DNA of 64,000 nt from Macrostomum lignano (Eukaryota). Position numbers and translations under genes: made by a program. The notes below the pieces were generated by a model, which had not been told where the DNA came from, did no database searches, and saw only the letters and a program-made list of their open reading frames with translations. Where the stretch lies: assembly GCA_002269645.1 (NCBI GenBank), contig NIVC01001990.1, positions 41,766-105,765 on the forward strand, written 5' to 3'. Shown piece after piece: positions 47,901-60,232 of this stretch; within the stretch, counting starts at the first letter, position 1; each line of letters opens with the position of its first letter.

Positions 47901-50900
47901 AGTACATAATAATAGTATTGTAATAAAAACTGTCATGTCTTGTTGTTAGGTACATGTTATGCATGTCTATACTATTTTTTAACAAGTCCAAGTTTCATAG
48001 AGCTTCCTAGATAATAAAATTGGCGACTTTCGTATTTTTTGCATACGTCACTAACGTGTAGATAATGTATAGTACAAGTGCAGATTCGCGCGCCATTCTA
48101 CCATTATTGTATAGCGATAGCTACTAACCGTATAGTGCAGTAAGGATTGAAATATACGAGTATGTAATGATGTGATATTAAAATAAAATGCCCTATGCAA
48201 TATTATATGTGATACGTTTTATTTAAATACAAATAAATCAATTAAGATCTACTTGATTTATTGACTGATGGGATCTGACCAACTCATTAACTGATTATAA
48301 GTAGCGGGATCTGACCAACTCATTAACTGATTATAAGTAGCGGGATTTGACCAACTCATTAACTGATTATAAGTAGCGGGATCTGACCAACTCATTAACT
48401 GATTATAAGTAGCGGGATTTGACCAACTCATTAACTGATTATAAGTAGCGGGATTTGACCAACTCATTAACTGATTATAAGTAGCGGGATTTGACCAACT
48501 CACTAACTGATTATAAGTAGCGGGATTTGACCAGCTCACTAACTGATTATTAGCGGGATTTGACCAGCTCACTAACTGATTATTAGCGGGATTTGACCAG
48601 CTCACTAACTGATTATTAGCGGGATTTGACCAGCTCACTAACTGATTATAAGTAGCGGGATTTGACCAGCTCACTAACTGATTATTAGCGGGATTTGACC
48701 AGCTCACTAACTGATTATTAGCGGGATTTGACCAGCTCACTAACTGATTATAAGTAGCGGGATTTGACCAGCTCACTAACTGATTATTAGCGGGATTTGA
48801 CCAGCTCACTAACTGATTATTAGCGGGATTTGACCAGCTCACAAACTGATTATTAGCGGGATTTGACCAGCTCACTAACTGATTATTAGCGGGATTTGAC
48901 CAGCTCACTAACTGATTATTAGCGGGATTTGACCAGCTCACAAACTGATTATTAGCGGGATTTGACCAGCTCACAAACTGATTATTAGCGGGATTTGACC
49001 AGCTCACTAACTGATTATTAGCGGGATTTGACCAGCTCACTAACTGATTATTAGCGGGATTTGACCAGCTCACTAACTGATTATTAGCGGGATTTGACCA
49101 GCTCACTAACTGATTATTAGCGGGATTTGACCAGCTCACTAACTGATTATTAGCGGGATTTGACCAGCTCACTAACTGATTATTAGCGGGATTTGACCAG
49201 CTCACTAACTGATTATTAGCGGGATTTGACCAGCTCACTAACTGATTATTAGCGGGATTTGACCAGCTCACTAACTGATTATTAGCGGGATTTGACCAGC
49301 TCACTAACTGATTATTAGCGGGATTTGACCAGCTCACTAACTGATTATTAGCGGGATTTGACCAGCTCACAAACTGATTATTAGCGGGATTTGACCAGCT
49401 CACTAACTGATTATTAGCGGGATTTGACCAGCTCACAAACTGATTATTAGCGGGATTTGACCAGCTCACTAACTGATTATTAGCGGGATTTGACCAGCTC
49501 ACTAACTGATTATTAGCGGGATTTGACCAGCTCACTAACTGATTATTAGCGGGATTTGACCAGCTCACTAACTGATTATTAGCGGGATTTGACCAGCTCA
49601 CTAACTGATTATTAGCGGGATTTGACCAGCTCACTAACTGATTATTAGCGGGATTTGACCAGCTCAATGCCAGGCGGCAAACTCACCTTAGACACCTGCT
49701 GTATGATATAGGTGAGCCGGGGCACAATCAGGCCAAAGCACGACAGAGATCGCCTCTTATAAGTGAACAGAGAGCGCATCAGACACTTCATAGCGTAGTC
49801 ATTCTCTTCCGAGCCCGCTCGGCTCAACAGGCCAAACAGACCCTGGAACAGCGCCTGCGGCTCAGGCATATTCTCTGACGTGACAACCAGAGCTCCGGCA
49901 TTGCGCACAGTCTGGGCATTCTCTAGAAAGGCGGCAGCGTACGAATGACACACTGGCGACTCGGCAGCCAGATGGGCAACAGCCAGCGGCAGGGCGCCGA
50001 TAATCATATCTGGCGGCAGTTGCGATCGGAAGGTGACCAGAAATTTCAGGCAGGCAGCCCGAACAACTGGCAGGGTGTCAACGCCGGACTCTTGCAGCTC
50101 AGGCAAGGCCTGGGTGCGGCAGAACTCGGCCATGTTGACCAGCTCGGTGGCCTGGGTGACACCGTGTCGGCTAGTCTGAGCCTTGGCCGCTAGTGAGGTC
50201 ACCAGGTACAGTGCGGCATCTTTGCTGCGCCAGGCAGACTGCCTATTGGCCGAGTACTCCTGCAGCAGGTGCTGCACGTACTGGCTGAAGTGCCCGATGA
50301 CTGGGCCTTCAAATGATTTGCACAGCGCCCTGACTAGGTCGCAGGCGGCGCGGCGACGTGTGTCCTGATCGCTGCCCTCCATGTCGCGGCGGATGTACCT
50401 GGCCAACGGAAGGGTGATGGTAGCTGTGTAGGTTCGTCTCGATGCACTCAAGTGCTTGTCTACTTGTCTATAGGAGCGGAATGAAGTGTAGTTTAGTAGC
50501 GGAATGAAGTATTAAATTAGTAGCGGAATGAAGTATTAAATTAGTAGCGGAATGAAGTATTACCTTAGTAGCGGAATGAAGCATTAAATTAGTAGCGGAA
50601 TGAAGTATTACCTTAGTAGCGGAATGAAGTATTACCTTTGTAGCGGAATGAAGTATTACCTTTGTAGCGGAATGAAGGATTACCTTAGTAGCGGAATGAA
50701 GTATTACCTTAGTAGCAGAATGAAGTATTAAATTAGTAGCGGAATGAAGTATTACCTTAGTAGCGGAATGAAGTATTACCTTTGTAGCGGAATGAAGTAT
50801 TACCTTTGTAGCGTAATGAAGGATTACCTTAGTAGCGGAATGAAGGATTACCTTAGTAGCGGAATGAAGGATTACCTTAGTAGTAGCGGAATGAAGTATT

Positions 50901-53809
50901 ACCTTAGTAGCGGAATGAAGGATTACCTTAGTAGCGGAATGAAGGATTACCTTAGTAGCGGAATGAAGGATTACCTTATTAGCGGAATGAAGTATTACCT
51001 TAGTAGCGGAATGAAGGATTAGCTTAGTAGCGGAATGAAGGATTAGCTTAGGAGCGGAATGAAGGATTAGCTTAGGAGCGGAATGAAGTATTAGCTTAGG
51101 AGCGGAATGAAGTATTAGCTTAGGAGCGGAATGAAGGATTACCTTAGTAGCGGAATGAAGGATTACCTTAGGAGCGGAATGAAGTATTAGCTTAGGAGCG
51201 GAATGAAGTATTAGCTTAGGAGCGGAATGAAGGATTAGCTTAGTAGCGGAATGAAGGATTAGCTTAGTAGCGGAATGAAGTTTTACGTTAGTAGCGGAAT
51301 GAAGTATTAGCTTAGGAGCGGAATGAAGTATTAGCTTAGGAGCGGAATGAAGTATTAGCTTAGGAGCGGAATGAAGCATTAGCTTAGGAGCGGAATGAAG
51401 TTTTACCTTAGTAGCGGAATGAAGTATTAGCTTAGGAGCGGAATGAAGTATTAGCTTAGGAGCGGAATGAAGTATTAGCTTAGGAGCGGAATGAAGTATT
51501 AGCTTAGGAGCGGAATGAAGCATTAGCTTAGGAGCGGAATGAAGTATTAGCTTAGGAGCGGAATGAAGTATTAGCTTAGGAGCGGAATGAAGTATTAGCT
51601 TAGGAGCGGAATGAAGTATTAGCTTAGGAGCTAGATAAGAAAGTACAGGATTGAAACAAAAAATAACAAAACCAAGCACTTACTCTTCGGCGTTGTAATG
51701 AAACAGCTCCTCATCAGACGGTCTCAAATGCATATTAGGAATAACAATTCGTTCGCACAGCTGTCTGAGAGTTTCCGGCTCGCCAAATAGCTGCTTGTTT
51801 TGCGGTCGTTCGGCCACGCTAGCCAAGAATTTGATAGCATTGCTAACTAGCAGGTCGTATTTAGACTGCGGCCCCGTGGCCAGTAGCAAGCTCCAGACGT
51901 CCTTGACAAAGTCTGGCAGATAGGGGGCGAATTCTTCATCGTATTTGCAAGCGTATAGGCTGACAATTTCGCAGATCTGCGAGCCGATCTGCTCCAGAAT
52001 TCCGGCTTCGTCAGGATCGGCGGATTCCAACAGCGGGCTGCGCAGCTGCAGCAGCTCCCGGAGGCGGGGCATCCATTTCGGCATGTTGTCCTCGAAGAAT
52101 TCCGGAATGTCCTGGTAGTTTAAGCTGTAGAATATCTTGCAGATTAGCAGTAGGCAGCCGCACACGGTCTGAGGGAGGCAGCGTGAGTATTGAAGAGAGG
52201 GAGACGGTAATGCGAGCGAATCGATGTGCCTGTATGACCCGCTTTGACAATTTTCATGTATGCCCCATTTAGAACCTAAACCACCAATTTTGGAACCTAA
52301 ATAACCCATTTTGGCGCCAAAGATACATCTCAACCCCCGCCTCCCAGATCCACCTATGAACCTATGCGTATATTCATTAGACAACATTCATACCTATTTT
52401 GAAAGCTCAATATGACTCATTTCAGCCTCCGTATGACGCAATTTAGCATCGACATGACCCAACTCAAGTCTCAATATAACCCAAATCCAGCCCCAAGATG
52501 ACTCAAATCCAGCCCCCACATGACCCCTCAAATCCAGCCCCCACATGACCCTCATCCAGCCCCAACATGACCCTCATCCAGCCCCAACATGACCCAAATC
52601 CAGCCCCAACATGACTCAAATCCAGCCCCAACACGACTCAAATCCAGCCCCAACACGACTCAAATCCAGCCTCAACACGACTCAAATCCAGCCCCAACAC
52701 GACTCAAATCCAGCCCGAACATGACCCCCAAAATCAAGCCCCAAAATGACCCAAATCCAGCCCCAACACGACTCAAATCCAGCCCCAACACGACTCAAAT
52801 CCAGCCCGAACATGACCCCCCAAAAGCAAGCCCAAAACGACCCAAATCCAGCCCCAACACGACTCAAATCCAGCCCCAACACGACTCAAATCCAGCCCCA
52901 ACACGACTCAAATCAAGCCCCAAAACGACCCAAATCCAGCCACAACACGACTCAAATCCAGCCCCAACACGACTCAAATCCAGCCCCAACATGACTCAAA
53001 TCCAGCCCGAACATGACCCCCCAAAATCAAGCCCCAAAACGACCCAAATCCAGCCCCAACACGACTCAAATCTAGCCCCAACATGACTCAAATCCAGCCC
53101 CAACACGACTCAAATCTAGCCCCAACATGACCCAAATCCAGCCCCGACATGACCCAGCACTATAGAGTCAAATTTAGGCAGTCGGAACCCCGCAGACGCA
53201 GACCTGCAGGCCATCCTTATTAGACGCGCTGGCCTGAGCGGCGGCATAGTCCATAGCGGCCAGAAACAGGTCCGTAAGCGGCTGGGCAAAATTCTGCAGC
53301 ACGTATTTGATCTCCAGCCAGAGCCGGTCCGATCGGGACTCGTACCGATAGCGCCGGAACAGCGAGTGTGCAGTTTTCAATACGCCATTGATTGCGTGAA
53401 AATCGCCCGAACTAAATCTGGCCACCAGCTGGCCAATCAGGCCCGGCCAACGGTCGGGGAAATCGGCCCGACCAATCAGGGCGATCACGTCGGACAGCTG
53501 GTTCTGCAGGGCGGCCGGGCTGGACAGCATGGCGTCGACTAGTTCGACCTTCAGGCGTTCCCGATCGTCGTGAGCAATGGAAGTGTCAGCGGCTTCATCG
53601 TCGCGCCAGTGCTGCTTGACGCTGTTCTTCAGCAGCACCGCGGCGGACAGGCGGACTGTGCTGGACAGGTTCGGCTGGCAGACAATGTGCAGCAGAGAGA
53701 GCGGGAAGCCCGGCTGGCAGGCCGAGGACTGGAGGTGCTGCTCGCTTGGCTTGCGAACAGCCGGATCGGGTGAGACCGTGTTCTCAATGTGCTTCACAAT
53801 GGCTTCCAT
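41988..53809 (-). CDS. CSE1L: Exportin-2 / CSE1L. Exons 53809-53204, 52168-51684, 50398-49687, 44325-44152, 43472-42914, 42382-41988
   Basis: Importin-N (VSPDPAVRKPSEQHL, AAVLLKNSVKQHW), RYRYESRSDRLWLEIKYVL, IFYSLNYQDIPEFFEDNM, EYIRRDMEGSDQDTRRRAACDLVRAL, WRSKDAALYLV, NPSKPLFNHYLFE and QYLQQYL. All junctions are GT-AG and in phase; the exon 5 donor could lie 3 nt further on. Confidence 0.97.
42440..42905. repeat. 21-bp minisatellite (GAAATCGGATGGGATAATCTA / CACAAATCGGATGGGATCATA) in CSE1L intron 5
   Basis: Direct observation; begins within about 10 nt of the donor. Confidence 0.95.
43505..44110. repeat. 24-bp pyrimidine minisatellite (TTCCCCACCCTCTCCCTCTCTCTC) in CSE1L intron 4
   Basis: About 24 units. 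Confidence 0.96.
45570..45795 (+). mobile_element. Crypton (tyrosine-recombinase transposon)-like N-terminal relic
   Basis: TQRQKTAIEC*TREQFKRFM...DIGSCSADELAGKVRLLYASLRKEDGSLYEYASS resembles the NT.K.T...F..W...EL...L..FY...RK.DG..Y..SS region of Crypton and ZMYM/KCTD1-type proteins. Confidence 0.45.
46743..47303 (+). CDS. Orphan 186-aa protein with two predicted transmembrane segments, nested antisense in CSE1L intron 3
   Basis: Non-repetitive ATG-to-TAG ORF with hydrophobic LMIFAGVTCLLTGLLYGLV and LLGTPVLILTAVIIFLAAQLV segments, and AATAAA at 47352. Confidence 0.65.
   Translation: MDLDPAVRRLCQELTCLDRLERTPGASDQLRRCLLSLALSVQPSIRAWIYTRRLMIFAGVTCLLTGLLYGLVEARDPKLDDMGKLDLQANRHWLLGTPVLILTAVIIFLAAQLVNNYIWLASMRVKRQLRARLAPLLLPAPLAVQNHSVSNNINSANRPCEPADGVAINVSNNYATDSDNNKEVYL
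47487..47690. repeat. 27/28-bp minisatellite (TTTAATCCCTTGATGAACMATCTCCC) 3' of the nested ORF
   Basis: About 7 units. Confidence 0.9.
48262..49666. repeat. 33/36-bp minisatellite (GGGATTTGACCAGCTCACTAACTGATTATTAGC) in CSE1L intron 3
   Basis: About 42 units starting about 20 nt after the donor; 36-bp variants cluster distally. Confidence 0.98.
50475..51632. repeat. 24-bp minisatellite (TAGCTTAGGAGCGGAATGAAGTAT) in CSE1L intron 2
   Basis: About 48 units with a sequence gradient along the array. Confidence 0.98.
52480..53158. repeat. 22-bp minisatellite (CATGACCCAAATCCAGCCCCAA) in CSE1L intron 1
   Basis: About 30 variable units. Confidence 0.96.
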
Positions 53810-53966
53810 TACTATTATATATATTTTCAAGTCGGCTTAAGTGTCTGTGTTGATTTGGGCGAAGTTGTTCTTATATCAAGCATCAAATTCGATTGAGGAA
53901 GTACAATTATGGTATTAATTTGAAACGTGAAATTCTAATCATAACAGATTATTGCAGTAATTAGGC

Positions 53967-54830
53967 CAGGGGTCGGCTACCTTTTTTTACCTTCAAGGGC
54001 CGGATAAAGAATCCAGCTTATGGCTGCAGGCCAGATGGGAGAAGGAATAGAATATAATAGAATGAGGAAAAGGAAAAATTAAAAAGCACTTTTCTAAAAA
54101 ACCAATTCCTTCTTCAGTTTTAAAAATCACCTTATTCAAGTAAAATTTCACGGACAAAGATGTTTGCTATGAAGCTCTTTCTTTTCTAAAATTAGCTCTT
54201 AACAAAGACGACAAAATAAAGCTTTCACAAAAAATAGACATTCCCCCTAAATAAAAATATAACCAAGATAGCAAGCATCCCCCAGACAGCAAGCATCTCC
54301 CAGACAGCAAGCATCCTTCAGATAGCAAGCATCCCCCAGATAGCAAGCATCCCCCAGATAGCAAGCATCCCCCAGATAGCAAGCATCCCCCAGATAGCAA
54401 GCATCCCCCAGATAGCAAGCATCCCCAGATAGCAAGCACCCCCCAGATAGCAAGCATCCCCCAGATAGCAAGCATCCCCCAGATAGCAAGCATCCCCCAG
54501 ATAGCAAGCATCCCCCAGATAGCAAGCATCCCCAGATAGCAAGCACCCCCCAGATAGCAAGCATCCCCCAGATAGCAAGCATCCCCCAGATAGCAAGCAT
54601 CCCCCAGATAGCAAGCATCCCCCAGATAGCAAGCATCCCCAGATAGCAAGCACCCCCCCTTTTCCAAGAATAAGCAACCGCAGATAGCAAGCATCCTGAA
54701 GATAGCAAGTAGATGATAGATGATAGAGGAGAGAAGAGGAGAGAGAGCTGAGAAGAGACACCAACCTGGAACGGGACGGATTGCTATTGTGAAGTTTCAA
54801 AGGACCCGGAGGGCCGGATATAGAGAGGCT
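53967..54830 (+). mobile_element. hAT MITE copy (left TIR CAGGGGTCGGCTACC) carrying an internal 17/18-bp minisatellite (CCCCCAGATAGCAAGCAT, 54268-54700); right TIR missing
   Basis: Left end matches 2969-3010; 54740-54795 matches 3115-3150 (GAGCTGAGAAGAGA...CGGATTGCTA). Confidence 0.65.
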
Positions 54831-55129
54831 CAACAACATTCCAGCTCAGTATTGGCTTTTGAATGACGCAACTTGCGCCACGGGACGCAGAGTTGGGCTG
54901 GGTGAGGAGGGATTGGGAAGAGCGGAGGGCAAGGATTTGACGGATTGAAGCTTCCGCCGGGTTTTCATTGTTTTTTTTCAAGCATTTTTTCATATCAAAA
55001 TGGTTTAGCAAGGTGATAGACGCTGGTCGAAAGACACTGCTCATTTGGGGCAAAGGGTGGCGACTTTTCAATGTTTGCTGAGTATATGTGCAGGCTTGCG
55101 GGCACCTTGACCCAAAGTCTTCGGCGACA

Positions 55130-55245
55130 TCGTCCAACAACCAGCGTACTGTACTGTACGCAGGTACACGCTCACACAAGGTGTACAGCGAGCGGCCCTT
55201 GACTTTTGATACTAATGTACCTTGGGGGGTTGGCCCTCCTGTAGA
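55130..55245 (-). mobile_element. Diverged fragment of the SINE family at 19396-19758
   Basis: Shared motifs GTACGCAGG..CTCACAC..GTGTACAGC..GGCCCT and CCTTGGGGGGTTGGC. Confidence 0.55.
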
Positions 55246-56899
55246 CGCACAGGAACAGAAGGCAGACACACGAGAAGTGTTGAGAAAGAAATTATCAATT
55301 TAATCCAAAAAAACAAACCAAAGAAACTCTAAACGCTTTTTCATTAAATTGAATTCTTGAATTTCCATGAATTTCAACAACTGAATTTTCGACCAATTTC
55401 CAACCCAAACCCAGAATCTATCTCCCGCAAACGGTTGCTCACCCGAGCATTATAGAGCATAAGCCATGCTTATCTCTGCCCAGCAGGCACTCAAAAAATA
55501 GCATGCACCGGTCTCCCAAAAACTGAAACTTGACACCATTTTCTTCCATCTGTCTCTCATTCTCACCCAGCAGTAGAGGACAAACACGTGGAGAATAGTG
55601 TATACAATAATAATAATAATAATAAAAAGTACACAGTTCACCCAGCTAAACTTATGCACTTACTCAACAAACACTCTAAAAGGGTGCCCGCCTATTATCT
55701 ATGAATAGTTGCGTACTAACCACGTGTTAAAACTGTCAGAAATATCACAGTAAAAAGGGGTAAATAACTTGAAGAAGAGAATACTGTGTTTTTACATAAT
55801 AAAAGAGGAAATATATGTAATGTATATTTATTCTCAAACCATGGAGATTATTAACCAGCACGGAATTAGAATAGTTTCTCGAAAATTAATTAGAGAAAAA
55901 TAAGTGAGGCCTGAGCTCACACAAGAAAGAAGGCGTCAAATTCTCTGTTAAAGCTACTGCTGAACAAGAAAATTAGTTAATAAAAAGCTCTTTCACACGA
56001 GAAACCCATTAAAATATGAATGATGAAAATGAGGCCCTTATCGAGCAGGAAAGAGTGCCACTTTGGGCAATATGCCAGAAGTTCTATTAGTCTCACACCT
56101 TGATGGTCACGGATAGAAATGGAATCATGATATAACTGTTAAATATAGAAACAATCTTTTAATATTGCGCACAAAACGGAACATAAGAGAAGAAATGCTG
56201 CAACATGAAACAGACCAAAGATAAAGCCAGCAATACAGGAAAAAGCAATTAACAAAAACCCACAGTAAATATGGGATCTGAGATCACGCTGTTGCTGAGG
56301 AAAAAAGTAAATAAAAAAGTGACAGAGAGAACTCACTACATTAGAGCTGATGGTATGCAAAGAGATAAGAGAAATGCTTCTAAAGCAAAATTGCACGACA
56401 CAAATTGTGTAACAATAAAAACGATAGCGCTTCTCAATCGAAATCTTTGTTTAACTATTCTAGTTTCTAAGAAAGTAATATTTCTCGGCTTAAAAATATT
56501 GATGCAATAAAACAAGTTGGGGGGAGGAATGGGTGTGGAGTGAGGAAAAGTTAAAATAGGACGCATGTGCAAACATCTTTGAATAAGTATAAATGCGGCC
56601 GATATTTGCAGACAGTTAATAAAGGAATGACGCGTAGCGTAACCATTGCGCGTTATTGTAAAACCATATAAAAGCAGTTTAAAGCAAAAAGCCTAACGTC
56701 ACAAACAATGTCTAACTAGAGTGCTAACTACAGAGAAGCAATGCGGACATGGACATTGCGTGAACGGTAATATTAATGAGAAGAGGAACATCATCTATAG
56801 CCACAATGACAATGTGGATTTAGAATCACTGTGTGGCATTGTGACAGGGCAGTCTCTGTGGGTCTGAGATTGCGGATGGTAGACCTATCCAGGCAATGA

Positions 56900-58345
56900 A
56901 GGTGACGGCCCAGACACTGAGGATCTGAGAGGCTGGCCCAGCAATTGAGGATCTGGGAGACTGGCCCAGCAATTGAGGATCTGGGAGGCTGGCCCAGCAA
57001 TTGAGGATCTGAGAGGCTGGCCCAGCAACTGAGGATCTGGGAGACTGGCCAAGCAATTGAGGATCTGGGAGGCTGGCCCAGCAATTGAGGATCTGAGAGG
57101 CTGGCCCAGCAACTGAGGATCTGGGAGACTGGCCAAGCAATTGAGGATCTGGGAGGCTGGCCCAGCAACTGAGGATCTGGGAGGCTGGCCCAGCAATTGA
57201 GGATCTGGGAGGCTGGCCCAGCAACTGAGGATCTGGGAGGCTGGCCCAGCAATTGAGGATCTGAGAGGCTGGCCCAGCAATTGAGGATCTGGGAGACTGG
57301 CCAAGCAATTGAGGATCTGGGAGGCTGGCCCAGCAACTGAGGATCTGGGAGGCTGGCCCAGCAATTGAGGATCTGGGAGGCTGGCCCAGCAACTGAGGAT
57401 CTGGGAGGCTGGCCCAGCAACTGAGGATCTGGGAGGCTGGCCCAGCAACTGAGGATCTGGGAGGCTGGCCCAGCAATTGAGGATCGGGGAGGCTGGCCCA
57501 GCAACTGAGGATCTGGGAGGCTGGACAACAAATGAGGATCTAGGAGGCTAGCCCAAACACTGAGGATCTGGGAGGCTGGCCCAGCAACTGAGGATCTGGG
57601 AGGCTGGACAACAAATGAGGATCTGGGAGGCTAGCCCAAACACTGAGGATCTGGGAGGCTGGCCCAGCAACTGAGGATCTGGGAGGCTGGACAACAAATG
57701 AGGATCTGGGAGGCTAGCCCAAACACTGAGGATCTGGGAGGCTGGCCCAGCAACTGAGGATCTGGGAGGCTGGACAACAAATGAGAATCTGGGAGGCTAG
57801 CCCAAACACTGAGGATCTGGGAGGCTGGCCCAGCAACTGAGGATCTGGGAGGCTGGCCCAGCAACTGAGGATCTGGGAGGCTGGCCCAGCAACTGAGGAT
57901 CTGGGAGGCTGGCCCAGCAATTGAGGATCGGGGAGGCTGGCCCAGCAACTGAGGATCTGGGAGGCTGGACAACAAATGAGGATCTAGGAGGCTAGCCCAA
58001 ACACTGAGGATCTGGGAGGCTGGCCCAGCAACTGAGGATCTGGGAGGCTGGACAACAAATGAGGATCTGGGAGGCTAGCCCAAACACTGAGGATCTGGGA
58101 GGCTGGCCCAGCAACTGAGGATCTGGGAGGCTGGACAACAAATGAGGATCTGGGAGGCTAGCCCAAACACTGAGGATCTGGGAGGCTGGCCCAGCAACTG
58201 AGGATCTGGGAGGCTGGACAACAAATGAGAATCTGGGAGGCTAGCCCAAACACTGAGGATCTGGGAGGCTGGCCCAGCAACTGAGGATCTGGGAGGCTGG
58301 CCCAGCAACTGAGGATCTGGGAGGCTGGCCCATCAACTGAGGATC
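56900..58345. repeat. 28-bp minisatellite (GAGGATCTGGGAGGCTGGCCCAGCAACT) with higher-order structure, 3' of the zinc-finger ORF
   Basis: About 50 units; variant units recur periodically. Confidence 0.97.
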
Positions 58346-58399
58346 TGGTAGGGTGGCGGATAAACCTGGCAGAAAAATCTGCCCCCAACCAGCTCAGAA

Positions 58400-59158
58400 T
58401 CAATCATTCCGTCCGGCAATAACGCCTTCGCGTCCCGTCGAACTGACCACATGTAGATAGTTGCGGCGCCCATTGTGCAGTCTCTCGTGCCTGGCCAGCA
58501 GCTCTCGAGAATTGAAACCGGCATGGCAGAGTCCGCAATGAAACGAATAGCTGGCTCCGCACACGTTGGATTCCGTCGAATGACAGCGACGGCAGTGCTT
58601 GCTCAGGCCGGACGGGCTGGTGTAGACCCGGCAGCACAGGCCGCATCGGTATCTGGGCCGCTGGGTCAACGGCAGATGCGACTGCTGGTGCAGCTGACAG
58701 TTGCGAGAATTTGTAAACGTCCTATCGCACAGCCGACAGGTGAACATCCGACACCTGTCCCGGCTGTTAGTTGCTGCTGTTGATGAGGAATGAATCGAAG
58801 ACCGACTTTGATGAAGTGGCAAAGGGAGCTGAGGATGCCGAAGCAGGGCAGGCGGCGGTGGCGACGGCAGCTGAGGCTCAGACGACAAGCTGGCAGGCGT
58901 AGCCGACACGGTGGAATTCGAGGAGGCCGGACTGGGGCGGCAGCTGGAAAAAGTGGCCGCAGCAATGCCTCCAGCAGCCGCCGACGCCGCCGTTGCCTCT
59001 TCGGCGTCGGCCAGAATGACGCAGACAGCGTCGTCCGTCTCCTTGACGCCTAGAGGGATGATATTAGTGAGGCGAAGCCGGCCAAGGTCATCGGCAGCCG
59101 GCACCAGGACTCCGTCGCGTCGACGCCGGATGTACAGCTCGGTTCGCTTGCCGACCGA
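58400..59158 (-). CDS. C2H2 zinc-finger protein (three fingers), main exon; upstream exon unresolved (candidate ATG 60398)
   Basis: CRLCDRTFTNSRNCQLHQQSH, CGLCCRVYTSPSGLSKHCRRCH and CGLCHAGFNSRELLARHERLH; acceptor ctattccag|59158. Confidence 0.8.
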   Translation of the reverse strand, partial: SVGKRTELYIRRRRDGVLVPAADDLGRLRLTNIIPLGVKETDDAVCVILADAEEATAASAAAGGIAAATFSSCRPSPASSNSTVSATPASLSSEPQLPSPPPPALLRHPQLPLPLHQSRSSIHSSSTAATNSRDRCRMFTCRLCDRTFTNSRNCQLHQQSHLPLTQRPRYRCGLCCRVYTSPSGLSKHCRRCHSTESNVCGASYSFHCGLCHAGFNSRELLARHERLHNGRRNYLHVVSSTGREGVIAGRND

Positions 59159-59179
59159 CTGGAATAGAAGAACCAATAA

Positions 59180-60232
59180 GGCATCAGTGAGGCAACTAGA
59201 GAGACAGTCAATAAGCCACCAGTGAGGCAACTAGAGAGACAGTCAATAAGCCACCAGTGAGGCAACTAGAGAGACAATCAATAAGCCAGTCAGTGAGGCA
59301 ACCAGAGAGACAACCAATAAGCCAGTCAGTGAGGCAACTAGAGAGACAGCCAACAAGCCATCAGTGAGGCAACCAGAGAGACAACCAATAAGCCAGTCAG
59401 TGAGGCAACTAGAGAGACAACCAATAAGCCAGTCAGTGAGGCAACCAGAGAGACAACCAATAAGCCAGTCAGTGAGGCAACTAGAGAGACAACCAATAAG
59501 CCAGTCAGTGAGGCAACCAGAGAGACAACCAATAAGCCATTCAGTGAGGCAACTAGAGAGACAACCAATAAGCCACTCAGTGAGGCAACCAGAGAAACAA
59601 CCAATAAGCCAGTCAGTGAGGCAACTAGAGAGACAGTCAATAAGCCATCAGTGAGGCAACTAGAGAGACAACCAATAAGCCAGTCAGTGAGGCAACGAGA
59701 GAGACAGCCAATAAGCCATCAGTGAGGCAACTAGAGAGACAATCAATAAGCCATCAGTGAGGCAACTAGAGAGACAATCAATAAGCCATCAGTGAGGCAA
59801 CTAGAGAGACAACCAATAAGCCAGTCAGTGAGGCAACCAGAGAGACAGCCAATAAGCCATCAGTGAGGCAACCAGAGAGACAACCAATAAGCCAGTCAGT
59901 GAGGCAACCAGAGAGACAACCAATAAGCCATCAGTGAGGCAACTAGAGAGACAACCAATAAGCCCACCAGTGAGGCAACTAGAGAGACAACCAATAAGCC
60001 AGTCAGTGAGGCAACCAGAGAGACAGCCAATCAGCCAATAAGGCATCAGTGAGGCAACCAGAGAGACAACCAATAAACCAGTCAGTGAGGCAACCAGAGA
60101 GACAACCAATAAGCCAGTCAGTGAGGCAACTAGAGAGACAGCCAACAAGCCATCAGTGAGGCAACTAGAGAGACAACCAATAAGCCAGTCAGTGAGGCAA
60201 CCAGAGAGACAACCAATAAGCCCACCAGTGAG
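59180..60232. repeat. 36-bp minisatellite (CAGTGAGGCAACTAGAGAGACAACCAATAAGCCAGT) upstream of the zinc-finger exon
   Basis: About 29 units grading into the acceptor pyrimidine tract. Confidence 0.97.

Noticed and set aside
48262-49666. CRISPR-like regular repeats
   Set aside because: Units are head-to-tail with no unique spacers, there are no cas genes, and the context is a eukaryotic intron.
54784-55303. 161-aa and 71-aa ORFs
   Set aside because: They overlap SINE and MITE fragments, and have no domain or splice support.
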